A DNA stretch of 64,000 nucleotides from Amphiscolops sp. MND2022 (lineage: Eukaryota): the NCBI GenBank assembly GCA_964187785.1, contig OZ076409.1, positions 29,328,001 through 29,392,000 on the forward strand, given 5' to 3'. The translations under genes and the position numbers were made by a program. The notes under the pieces are model-generated. The model was not told the origin of the DNA and did not search any database. It saw only the letters and a program-made list of their open reading frames with translations. Positions 13,279 to 25,030 of this stretch are shown piece by piece (the stretch's first letter is position 1; every line of letters begins with the position of its first letter).

Positions 13279-15858
13279 ATGAACCAAATCACCTTTACCT
13301 TTCATTTAATATATATAATACAAGTTGTTAAATACACGTATATAATAAATATAGTTCACTCTTTAGTTCACCCTTCAACTGTTCCCAAAGTTGACACCAC
13401 CAATTCCGAAAATCATATTTCAGACCAAGATCCTAACATTTTAAACTTAATGGTATCTCATTATGATTGTGCAAAACAAAATAACTTAAGACAATTCAGT
13501 TTATTAAATGCAGAACCATGTAAACAAGCACCCTCAGATATACAACACACAAAAACCCAAGCAACAGTTTACGTTAGAGCAAAAGCCAAAAGAATCAAAG
13601 CCTTTAAATGTGAAGCATATATAAAGACTGAGAAAGTCTGGTGTTCACAAACATTCACATCTAGTAGACGATATGATCGTTTACAATGGGGACAAAACAC
13701 ATTAGAACTTCCAAAAATATTGGACCCTATTGAATGCAAAAATATGATCAGATATTTAAACGCGACTGATAGCGAAGAATTAAAAAACTACAATATACAA
13801 AGCTCTTTCTCATTGTTCGACGATAGTAATTATCAAAACACAATTGAACGAATTCAGACACCATTTAGAGTAAAACAATTAAATACATGGCATATTGGAA
13901 CCTTCGTATTTGACGAAAATTATCCTGATTGGATAGTTAATGTTACACAAAATACATAATCTAGATGTCGATCAGACCGCGAACATTTAATTACCCGACA
14001 AAGTTGGAAACTTAGAATTGTTAACACCGCAATAGATTATGACGATAAAAACAATCAATTAATACATGACGGACACAAATTACCATGTTATCATTCAGAC
14101 GGATTTTGTAAACCAACGACCAAAACTCCATATACATTAACATGGTTTGATGAAAAATTTTGCCTCATATTTCAACTTCAAGAATTCATTGGTAGAATGA
14201 CACGAATCAAAGATAGATATTGGATAGAAACCAATACCTTCATTGAAACTTCAAACATCACACAAAAACTTCAAACCGAAGGAATACAAGGAACAAAATA
14301 CCCTAATATAAAAACACCACAATCAAAAGTAAGCAATCCAAGCCTTTCTCGATTTGAAATATACCCAATTGCACAAACCTTCTGTGGAAAACCTGAACCA
14401 TTATTTTCAACACAATATGATGACATCTTTGTTACATACTTAGATGGTTTTGATATGAACACAGGATTACCAAAACCACACTCAATAATTGACCAAACAA
14501 TTAGTGGAAATATAAAATATGATGATTCAAACAAAAGGTATATATTTCCTGCATTGAATATATCAAACAATTTCGCCACTTTAGACTATGATGCCCACAT
14601 TAATACAAAAATTGATTTCACAATAAATCATGTATTTAAATCCATGACAGTACAAGAACTAAACACTCTTCATACAATATGTGAACTAGAAAGAACTCAA
14701 CTGTTAACAATACTAGCAATGTCAGTTAAAAATCCCCAATTAGCCGGTTTTCTTTTAACTGGAAATCGTAGTAACTTTCTCTACGTTGAAGGATCTACAG
14801 CATGGCTGTATGATTGCCCTCATTTTATATCACCACTATACAAGGCAGATAAATGCTTTGATAGAATTCCTATACATTACAGAGAAACGATAATGTATGT
14901 TGACCCAATAACAAGACAAACTTTTAACTACGCAACACCAATTGAATGTGGAAATAACCCACAAAATATAATAGAATTAGATCCAGATTCCAACGACGGA
15001 GATTTTTATGTGTTAACACCAGAACCACTCAAACGAGAAGCACCACAAATGTTTAAACCTACCCAAATTAAAACAACAATCACTCCTAATACATTTACCG
15101 CCCAAGATGCCGGTATATACTCAAATGCAGAATTAGATCAATTCTGGAATAGAGTATTATTTGCTAAACATTCAGACACAACTCTTCAATTACTTGGAAA
15201 ATCATTAAGCTATGATTTCATTTCAATGCATAATGAAAAACACTCATACTCAGGACATAATCCCTATAATCATTTAAGGATTGGAGTACATGACCACTTG
15301 TTAAATCTTTCACCACTTTTAAACCCTGACTGGTTCAGTCAAGCATTCATTAATTTCTTTGGATACCCATGTTATGTTTTAACCCAATGTGGAATTTATT
15401 TTTCAACATTCCTTTTCATTAGAGAAGTTTTAACATTTTTACTCAAATTCTACAGAACAATTAGCATAAAATATAATCTCCAAAGCAACATTTCCATTTT
15501 GAGTTCAATAGCCCATGGATTTTTTAATATAGTTACATCGGAAATGGTAACCGATTTAAATAATACAGGAAAACGAAAACGGATATACACTAAACACAAA
15601 ATTACAACAAGTGAAAATGATAATATCCTATTGCCGGAAAAAGAATTAAACAATAAACGAAGACACTCTGATACTGACTCCCCTTATTTACCCCCTAAAT
15701 ATTCCAGTAAGAATTCAACATTTCAATCACCGCAAAAGACACACCCAACTAATGTAAACCATATTAATTCTCAGGACTATGACCCAATAATGTCAATTGT
15801 AATAGCTGTACCGGAAAGTCTTTATAAAATTCAATCCCTCCTAGCTGAAAAGCAATAA
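13279..15858 (+). pseudogene. env: Envelope glycoprotein, chuvirus-like class III fusogen, with one premature TAA at 13957-13959
   Basis: ORFs 13279..13959 and 14197..15858 are in frame and joined by open sequence. Hydrophobic N-terminus; motifs HYDC..N..FSLL....C, LPCYHSDGFC..TLTW, ICELER..L..LA....P..AG.LL, KCFDRIP..YVDPITR..TPIEC, GIYS..EL; N-glycosylation sequons; C-terminal TM segment and basic tail. Confidence 0.85.
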
Positions 15859-16263
15859 TTTAAAAAAAAACAAATTAACCTCAAGAAAAGTTCACAAAAT
15901 TATCAACCAAATTCTTCTCAGTTTCAACTTTCATTCACACCCAAATTCTCACTCGGACCGGTCTCTCCTTTTCAACTCAACTCAACTCTCAACCAGAAGA
16001 CTTCAACTGGATTTTCAGTCCATCTAAACGACCGAAATCACAGAAGTTTCTATTCCTGGAATAGATGCCACTGTGATTGTTGATGTTTTCAACCCATCAT
16101 TGACCCAGTATTCCCATATTGTAAGTACAATTTAAACTTTAATTTTAACAAACAATTTATTGGATAGAAAAGACATAACAAAAGTTTTCCTTAGTATTAG
16201 AAATTATGTAATCAAATGTTATAATCATTATTTTAGCTCTACAAAAACACGCAAGTTTAAATA

Positions 16264-17556
16264 ATGGAATCCTTGCCTGAAATTGATGTAGTTAACTCTA
16301 ATCCCTCTGAATTGCTTGCAACCCCTTTGAATATAACTATTCAACAAAATGTTGACGAAGATAATAACTCTTCCTCAAACTCTCAAGACCCTATAGAAAA
16401 TATCCCTATTGAACAAGTAGATCATGTTAACACAAGATCTCAAAAAAGAAAGTACCCAGATATAACCGCAGATAAACCTTTTATGGAATCTGGCGCTTGC
16501 CCTCCTTTCATAAAACCAATTAAACAAGATGAAGATAGAGATTGTGAATTAGTTCCTATTCTCTCGTCGAAACAATTCACATTTCAATCTCAGTTAACTT
16601 CGTTATACATGATTCCAACAAAATACACATTCATCATCAGAGAATTTAAAAATGATTATCATACATCAATTGCTTCAAAACTGATTACCCCATATGATTG
16701 GTGGTTAAACAAGAAAGTGAAAATTTTCTCACTTCAATACAACTTCCTCAGACCATCTCCATATGATCTTCGAACAGAAGAAAATGATGCAAATTTTTTG
16801 CCATATCAAATCAAAAAGGCCCACCATATGACTTATCAAAAGTTCCTTCAATATAAAGAGCCCGATAATTATATATTCTTCAACTCCAAATATACATCGC
16901 CATTCACTTTCAACTCAGAATATTTAATAGATCATACCAAAACAAAAGGAAAACTTAGAAATTATGACCCGCTGAAACAAAGTTTTCTCTTCCTTCCAAA
17001 TGATAACCCAAAAAGACCAATCATTGTTCCACAAGAATACCTCATTCTAAACGACGATTCGTTACTACAAGAAGATATACCTCAATATATATCTGATCCT
17101 CTTCCTCCACTTCAACAAATAGCCTCTCAACCATTGGGAGACTGTGAAAAGTCTTATTTCCACGCAATGATCAAAAAGGGATATTCAAATAATGAATTAA
17201 TTTTCATTATTTCCCACCTGCTTTCACTTCTTACAAATGGAAATCACAAAGAATATAAAAAGGCAAAACAAGAAACGCCTAAGAAAACCAAAAATGATAT
17301 TCCTCAACCACAAAGTTTTCGGCCAACAGATGAATTACAGAAATATACAGAAATTCTGAATATCATAAAACCGTATCATCATCCAAACCGAGATATTCTT
17401 ATAACAATCGCTGAAATCGTAAATACCCTTGAACAAGCTCGAAGCATAATACAAAATATCGTATTTGATACGACAAGAATTAGCCAATCAGCTTTGTGTA
17501 TTCGCACATCCTTAGACGAATTCAACTACACTATTGAAAAAATGCATCGATCTTAA
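16264..17556 (+). CDS. Accessory ORF5, 430 aa, unknown function
   Basis: Intact ATG-to-TAA ORF inside the element, with the same A/C-rich codon style as gag-pol. Confidence 0.75.
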   Translation: MESLPEIDVVNSNPSELLATPLNITIQQNVDEDNNSSSNSQDPIENIPIEQVDHVNTRSQKRKYPDITADKPFMESGACPPFIKPIKQDEDRDCELVPILSSKQFTFQSQLTSLYMIPTKYTFIIREFKNDYHTSIASKLITPYDWWLNKKVKIFSLQYNFLRPSPYDLRTEENDANFLPYQIKKAHHMTYQKFLQYKEPDNYIFFNSKYTSPFTFNSEYLIDHTKTKGKLRNYDPLKQSFLFLPNDNPKRPIIVPQEYLILNDDSLLQEDIPQYISDPLPPLQQIASQPLGDCEKSYFHAMIKKGYSNNELIFIISHLLSLLTNGNHKEYKKAKQETPKKTKNDIPQPQSFRPTDELQKYTEILNIIKPYHHPNRDILITIAEIVNTLEQARSIIQNIVFDTTRISQSALCIRTSLDEFNYTIEKMHRS

Positions 17557-17901
17557 CTGGTAATTATGGGATAATAGCTTTAAAAGTTGTTAACACTTAT
17601 CACTTAATCTCTTAACAACCTGTCAAAATTAATTGAATCTACACGCATATGCCTGCTATGCATGATTCTAATACATGCTTGATGTTAAAATACACTTTTA
17701 AAATGAAATAACATAAAAATTTCAATCACGACATAAAAATTTTCAACGAAATTCTTCAATTGCTCCTCCTTTTAATGGACCGATTTCATTAAATAAGTAC
17801 TTATATGAAAGATATTTAAATACCCTTCAAAAGACTTCCAAAATACAACACCTTAATTCTTAAAATTAAAAAGTTATAACATCACAAAATTCAATAAAAA
17901 A

Positions 17902-18555
17902 ATGTCAACTACGAAATTCTATTTTCAAAGGAACTTTATTGTAAACAAACTAATCTATTTTAGGTGAATATCGTCACAACTGCTTCTTCAGCATTCCTTC
18001 CTCCTCTCAGGTCACCCATTCAAGAAGAATTCCGAAGTATCTTCTACAGCTTTCAACGAAATTTTCTCATTCCTCAATATGACAACTATCCACTCTGGCG
18101 ACATTGACTGCCCGATAGCTCCTTTTCTTTCAATCTCTTCAGCTCGATTGCAATCCTTGATCCTGAAAAAGCATTTAACGACATTAAATGCGCAGCTTTG
18201 AACAGAAAAAAAGGCAGACCCACATCTTACAAGGATGATATTGCTTAATATGTTCCAAATATTCCAAATAACAAGAATAAATTTCGACCAATATCTCCAT
18301 ATTCATAAACATCCTGACACTTATTCAACTCGAAAGGATGCCACTACCCAAACAGAACATACTACCAACAAACCCAAGCGTTTAATACGAACTCTATCCA
18401 ATAGAATGCGTTCCGAAATGGAAAAACAACGTCTAAATTCGTATTGGCCCTCAGATGACAATGATGACACTGACGAAGACCTTCAAAAAGATCCCCCAGA
18501 AGCACTTATAGATGATAATTACCCACACAAAACATATACTTACGTTTCCTTCTAA
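17902..18555 (+). pseudogene. Possible decayed accessory ORF6
   Basis: Protein-like fragments (FRSIFYSFQRNFLIPQYDNYPLW; ILDPEKAFNDIKC; ORF 18235..18555) broken by stops and frameshifts. Confidence 0.4.
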
Positions 18556-19594
18556 TATCAACAGACGCCACCAACAGCACCCGTCTACTCCCATCTTCGA
18601 ATTCCACATCTTCAACGAGCAACAGACCAGCACCCATCTTCAACTTCACCGCCGCCCAACAGTTGCCCACCTTCATTCATCTGCTGACCCTTCTTCTTCC
18701 ATCTTCCAATCGTCCATCGTCACCCACATGCTCAGCCAAAGATGATTGATAAGTAATAATAAAGAAAACTCAAAGAAAAACATTGTGCATGATAACATTT
18801 CGAAAAAGTTTCAAACTCATCTAATATTTCATACAATTCAAACTCTCATCTAAATTATTCATTATGTAGTTATTATTTCAAATTTCATCCCCACCCACAT
18901 TTATTTGCCCAAAAATTTTTATTCCCACCTTTACCGATATTTATTTGCTTTATTTTTAAAGAATAATTAGTAATAAGTATTATTTTTCGGTGCTATCCTA
19001 CCCAACAAAAAATTCACAAATATTATCAACAAATCTTTTCAAATTTCAACAAAACCAGCTCCAAATCAGATCAAGCACATTGTTCAGATCAAATTCGAAT
19101 AATGACAGACCCCAGTTCTCAAAGTTTTCAACATTTGTTACATAACAAACCCGCCAAAGTTAATTACAACCTGAAATCTTTTCAAACGTATTTCACGTTC
19201 GAAAAATTTTTTTTTCTCAACAATATTGTTTCTTTGACTCTTTGATCTCTAACTCGTATGATGTTTGGTCACGTTTGTTCAATGCGAAGTTCATTCAAAA
19301 CTTCAACAGAAGCATAAAATTGAGCATCTACCAGTTCAAAAAACAAGCCGACGAAAGCATAGTGAAAAAGAACACTTTGACGCTTTTGAACTGTAGTCGC
19401 ACCTACGAGGTGTCAATCAAAATTTTGACAATTCGAGGTACACCAATGAGTCGAACTTACACCACTCTTAACGAGACTTATGCCAATCATCCATCAAATG
19501 AAAAATGTTAACTAGCTGAAACGCTAAGAACATTTAAACAAAAAATTTTTCTTCATTTCAATTAATGATGCTACTTTAAAATTTTATTTTATTT

Positions 19595-19609
19595 AAAAAC
19601 CGGGATGGA
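19595..19609 (+). promoter_or_regulatory. Polypurine tract
   Basis: AAAAACCGGGATGGA directly abuts the 3' LTR. Confidence 0.75.
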
Positions 19610-19878
19610 TGTACTGACCTACATTAATAACCAATAGTATTTAGATGTTTATAGAATGTTCTAGAATGTACATTTATTTGTTATTGAATGATTGTAAATC
19701 TCTACTCCTTCAGAGAGAGAAAACTAATAATCAGTATTCAGTTGACTTCCTTTTTGTTCTACTCCTAACACCTCGGAATAGTTGTAATAAAGTAAGCTAG
19801 CTAGCCTGTCTCTCAGCCGCTTTTAGTAGTTGCGTATAAGACCATCAAAAACAATAACCAACCATTAAAAGCAGCACA
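19610..19878 (+). repeat. 3' LTR of giant element
   Basis: 269-bp direct repeat of 1363-1631, followed by the CTAG TSD. Confidence 0.97.
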
Positions 19879-20621
19879 CTAGGGACGTCGCTCCGCTTCC
19901 CTTCGCTCCTGTACTTAGGGCACTAGAAGTATGTGAACATAGCTGACTAGGGGAATGTGAAAAATTCATTTTTTCATCTTTGAACGGACTTCATTCCAGT
20001 TCGACCCCTGTCAGCCAATCAGATTGGACGAGTGAAGAAAACCACGTTTAAACGACGCTGGGATTTCTAAGATTTTGAAAAAATATATATTTATATGCAA
20101 ATATATTTACATTTAAAAATAAAAATTTCATTTTTCAACTCAAACAAATAAATTACATCTTTAATGTGGATAACTTCTAGAAGAAAATGTTTTGCATAGC
20201 TAGCATTGCAATGCTTACTCGCACTTCTAATTTTGTAGAGCTTCCCTTCAATCTTGCAACCCTGAAACTTGACGATCAATAAAACGAGTGTTGCCAATGC
20301 ATTCCGAATAACAAGTCTTCCTATTTGCTGACAAACGTTTCTGGATCATTAAAACTGTTGATACCGTGATTGCTAATTTGAATAAATATATATTGTTTCA
20401 ATGACATTACCTTTTTTAAGGGGGTTATGTTCATGACAAAATTTTTCTTCCTAATTATATATAAATATATTTCTACAACCCTTGTCAGTCATATCTACCA
20501 CAAAAAGTAAATCCGTGACAATCAGACAATGTCCATTAGTAAGCATGGTAAGAATGTTTTCCGTACTATAGTCCTTGTATTAATCGAACGTTTTATGTTA
20601 GAGTCCTTTTATGGAGTTCGT

Positions 20622-21139
20622 CCCTTGTTGAAACTGCTTGAATTTTTTGCATGTACTTTAATGTTGCCGGCAAATTTTAGTATAAGTTATTAGAACTCTT
20701 ACTGAAACCTTCATGCGAAAATCTTTCCCTGTTCTCTTCGCATTAGATTTTTGTCAAACCGCTTGAAAGATTCATCAGAGTTTCGACGGCAATTTTAACC
20801 TCTGAGTTTTTGCAAGTTATAATAAATAGGTCTATTTTTGAAAGCAACCTAGGAGTTATTAGTTTCAAAGCAAAACGACTTCAGGGGCGTAATAAACTAC
20901 AGTTCAGCGTCCTATTTGAGAATCAGTGATCACACATGTGAGGAAACAAAGGATGAAAACAAAGTGATTGTTTCGGTAGAGAAGTGGAATTTGTTTTTAA
21001 TTCAATTGTGTAGTGAAAAATGACGTGTAATTCTACACTACTTACCACTGACACCTTTCCGAATTTTTGATGTTTTAAAAATAATTACCCTGCACGCAGG
21101 CCTGCAGCGTCTAAACAGTTCCAGCAGACTCAACTAGGG
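20622..21139 (+). mobile_element. Diverged member of CCCTAGT MITE family
   Basis: Starts cccttgttgaaactgcttgaa and ends actcaactaggg; similar layout to 825-1362. Confidence 0.6.
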
Positions 21140-21151
21140 ATGTTATCCATA

Positions 21152-21356
21152 CACTGCATGATATGAATGAAGAAGCATTATATAGTCAAATAATGCAGAT
21201 GTTTTGACTTTATCGGCTACCCCCTTACCAAAGCCCAGTTTCCATCAAAACATCTAAACATGTTATCATTCCTTTTTTCCGATGATTGATTGCGAATGAA
21301 GCACAAATCTCTATAAAATGTGACTAAATAATGCTTCTTCATTCATATCATGCAGT
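21152..21356. mobile_element. Small MITE with ~36-bp terminal inverted repeats
   Basis: actgcatgatatgaatgaagaagcattatatagtca (21153-21188) versus tgactaaataatgcttcttcattcatatcatgcagt (21321-21356); preceded by TA. Confidence 0.75.
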
Positions 21357-21361
21357 AAATG

Positions 21362-21901
21362 CCTTAGTCGAACCGGCCGGGGAGTTTTCCATGTTGCAGC
21401 CATGCATGTTTTCTAAATTACTGATAAACATAACAAATACTGAAAGCATGAATGGAGAAATATGAAGGGATTACAATGCAGCTTCCATAATTTCGAATAA
21501 AACAGTTCCTCTTCTTCACCACTGCGATCACTTTTTTCACTCGTATGTTTCTCAAATAAGTACCTTATGTAACCACCGTTAGTCAAAAAGCACGCTGAAT
21601 ATGACGCTACTTTGAAACTTATGTGACTGAAGTTTATTTGCATTTAAATTGCGGTAAAATTGTTGAGGCCAAATCTGCTTTCAAACTTAGAATGGAATTT
21701 TAATGAAACCTGCAAATCTTCGTGTCTCGGAATTGCCGCCAAATTTAATCTGCATTTTATAGGCAGCTTGCTTGATAAAAAATATTTTGAATCAGTGAAA
21801 TTTTAATGCATGGAAGTCTCGTTGAGAATTTTATAAAATCATGAGAAATTAGCTTTGTAACCTACAAAACTTTTAAAAAATTATAGCAGTTTCAACCAGG
21901 G
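21362..21901 (-). mobile_element. Reverse-oriented member of CCCTAGT MITE family
   Basis: Reverse complement of the 825-1362 / 26493-26900 sequence (agcacgctgaatatgacgct, ttataggcagcttg, gtaacctacaaa, ttcaaccaggg). Confidence 0.8.
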
Positions 21902-22482
21902 TGGATAACATCCCTAGTTGAGACTGCTGGAACTGTTTAGATGCCACAGGCGTGCATGCAGGGTAATTGTTTATAAAACCAGAAAATTAAGTGTTTCCAA
22001 ACTGTGATGCTAGCTTCAACTTGAGAAAGTTCTTTTGTTACAGCCACGTGCGTGCACGGTTTTGGAACATCTATATAGTTTGCGTAACCGGCTGAGAATT
22101 AGAATACCTTATTCGAATAATGCAGACTTTTGAATAAACTACTGAGTCTTCTGAACCAAAGTGCCACTTTTCACTTCGAAACAGCAAGCCTTGTCATATG
22201 CACGTATTTTTAGTATTTCGCCCCGATTTCAAGTTTTGATGCTCCGTTGTTCGAAAATTAGATTTTGCTGGAGCAAGAATGGAATGGCTTGGGGTTTTAT
22301 ACTTGCAAAACTACCATAATAGTTCTATGATTAGAAAGTGTGCTTCATACGGGCTCCCGAGTAAAGAGACTGTTTGTTCTAAAACAATTTTGTTTCTTGT
22401 TTCTGGGTATTTTCTATCTATATTTCAATGAAAATTTAGATCAGTAGTCAACGTAGCCGCAGGCAAATGTGCTCCAACTCTG

Positions 22483-23064
22483 CCCATGTTAAACATCTTG
22501 GCTAATTCATGGATATTCATCAATGATTCATCCATGATTCATGGATCGCCATGTCATGAATCATTCCATGATCTTGGAAAGATATCGATGATTCATGGAT
22601 GATTCATGTATGGAAACCCATAAATCATGGATGAAATCCACGATGCCGAGGATGATCATCGATGCAAATTAATAAGGTCCAGTTTTTGAACTGGCCGTTA
22701 AAATGAATACACTAGAATCGATGAATTATGAAAATACCCTCAAAAATGATGAAAACACTTAAAAAGAGCACAAATTAAGCGGATATCATGGGATTGGACA
22801 TCTATTAAAACAAACAAATCAAATAAATCTACGTTTTATGAGAACCGACACGCACAGAAAATTTTGCCTAGTTTGAAGATTAGAACGAATTTTTCAGCAT
22901 AGCAAATCATGGATGAATCATAGATGACCATCATGGATGAAAATTCATGAAGCATCACTCTGCCATGGATCATCAATGTTTTTTCATGAATAAGTATGTA
23001 ATGTGTTGAAAAATCCATGATCATGGATGAAGATCCATGAATTAGCCATGATGGTCAACCTGGG
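22483..23064. mobile_element. MITE with ~44-bp TIRs and internal CATGGAT/ATCCATG subrepeats
   Basis: The left end cccatgttaaacatcttggctaattcatggat is the imperfect reverse complement of the right end atccatgaattagccatgatggtcaacctggg, which is followed by TA. Confidence 0.75.
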
Positions 23065-23126
23065 TAATTCTGCTCGAGCCGTATTTACAGTGTATGCAAA
23101 CTTCTCGAATATTTTTGTTTTGGATC

Positions 23127-23187
23127 ACGGGAATCTCGTATTTTCTCCAGTATTATCATAATACTGGAGAAAATACGAGATCCCCGT
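23127..23187. repeat. Near-perfect palindrome, 30-bp arms, 1-nt centre
   Basis: acgggaatctcgtattttctccagtattat-c-ataatactggagaaaatacgagatccccgt. Confidence 0.9.
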
Positions 23188-23836
23188 AACATGATGTTAG
23201 TTTAGAAAACACGAGCATAATAATGGAGTATATCGATCGAGGCAAAAGAAACGAACCTGAAATCAGGATCGGGCTCAATAAAACAGCAACTGTAACTATT
23301 AGTGCTTGGTTACGATGGGTTTTCACTAAACCTCTCCAATTCGTCTGCGCCATTGTAATAATTTTGATATCTCCTGAAATAAGGACGCAACTTCGAAGCT
23401 GTGTGAAAAGTTTTCAACTTTTGTGACTGCCATTCGATATACAGAAGAATCTCCAAGTGAATTGAGCCATGAGACTCAACTGCTCGTCACTGTAGTTGTA
23501 ATTACTCGGAACAAATCGCGTGAGAGAAAGGAAACAGTGAAACAAAAGTAAGTATGAGAAATTTCGGAGATGAGCATCGATGATATTCAGGATCCTGAAT
23601 TGCAATTATTATTTGCTATCAAAAATGAATTATTGTTGTTGTATTTCTAACTAATTCTATGGAAGAAACAAGTTTTCTAAAACAACACTATCTTTTACTC
23701 AAGTGTAGTATAAGGCTTTCGTAACATAAAATGATACAGCAGTTCTATATCGAATGTTTATGTCTCTAAACACTATGTCTACAATCGAAACTCGTAGAGG
23801 TTAAATGTTCTTGATTGATGGATGAACCGTATAACA

Positions 23837-24009
23837 ATTGTTATTGCTATAAGCCAACAATATCTTTGTTTATTCACAATTACTACAGTATTTTTCAACA
23901 ATTATTTATTGAACGCTCGAGCGTTCAATGAATAATTGTTGAAAAAGACAATTGTAATTGTCAATGAATAAAGATAAGGAATTTATTGTTGACTTATAGC
24001 AATAACAAT
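23837..24009. repeat. Fold-back element centred on CTCGAG
   Basis: Core tttttcaacaattatttattgaacgctc|gagcgttcaatgaataattgttgaaaaa; outer arms attgttattgctataag / cttatagcaataacaat. Confidence 0.85.
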
Positions 24010-24798
24010 AATTCATTTTTGATAGAGGAAAATTTTTGATTTTTGATAGAATATCTGGGGGTGATATCTATAAAAGTAAAGATTACAATAAGTACTTCAA
24101 AAACCTCGCACTATTGTTTAATGTCAAATATATTGTCTTTAGTACCGCGGACAACCAAAATAACCGTTCTTAGCTGCTATGAAGCGGCCGCACGACGTAT
24201 TAATGCAGTAAGACGGCCGCCACCACCTGAACCTAAGTAAGAAAATTCTAATCGGAACGAAACTTTAACATTGAATTTCTCGATACCTATTGCGAATATA
24301 ACAAAAATTAAACCACCAAAATGTCCCTTTTTGACCTGACTACGTGTTGAGTAAACATTTAGGAACTTTGGAGGAACGAGTTTCAACAGAAATTGCACTA
24401 GAAGTCATAAAGTTTACTTCTGATGAACCTTTAGTACCGAAGTAGATAAAACCGGATTGCTCAACAATTAGTCAGGCTCCCAAAAAGGAAAGATGATGAA
24501 TTATGAATAATGATATGACTGAACCGCCAAAAAAATAACATTGGCCGAAGTGTGCGCCATTTGAGCGACACACAAAGTGAGTTGAAATCTAGAAAACGGT
24601 TTGCTGCTTTGGTGTCCGATAGCATCCTGCATCAGACGCCGGAGTATCGAAATTGCAGATTTACTTCGATTAGCCGGTTAGCCCGTGCCTTCAGCCTAAC
24701 AACCTGATACAGCCTGATATATTGCTACTCCGCTTTTCGCTAGTACGGATTTCGACGCGGGAGTAGGATGAACTGCAGGTCTATCGTATTACAGGTAA

Positions 24799-25030
24799 TT
24801 GAGCCTAAGTGGGCTGATAATACACGGTTGAGCCTAAGTGGGCTGATAATACACGGTTGAGCCTAAGTGGGCTGATAATACACGGTTGAGCCTGAGTGGA
24901 CTGATAATACACAGTTGAGCCTAAATGGGCTGATAATACACGGTTGAGCCCAAGTTGGCTGATAATACACGGTTGAGCCTAAATGGGTTGATAATACACG
25001 GATAAGCCTGAGTGGGCTGTTAATACACGG
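24799..25030 (+). repeat. Minisatellite, 29-bp unit x8
   Basis: ttgagcctaagtgggctgataatacacgg repeated head to tail with no spacers. Confidence 0.95.

Larger units (their letters stand above)
1363..19878 (+). mobile_element. Giant (18,516 bp) Ty3/Gypsy LTR retroelement with env-like and accessory ORFs
   Basis: Two 269-bp LTRs; CTAG duplicated at 1359-1362 and 19879-19882; PBS and PPT present; domain order Gag-PR-RT-RH-IN, followed by extra ORFs. Confidence 0.97.

Noticed and set aside
13279..15858. Two separate genes (226 aa and 553 aa)
   Set aside because: They share a frame and the intervening sequence is open and Cys-motif-bearing; this is one env gene with a premature stop.
24799..25030. 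29-bp repeats as a CRISPR array
   Set aside because: Units are head to tail with no spacers, there are no cas genes, and the context is eukaryotic; this is a minisatellite.
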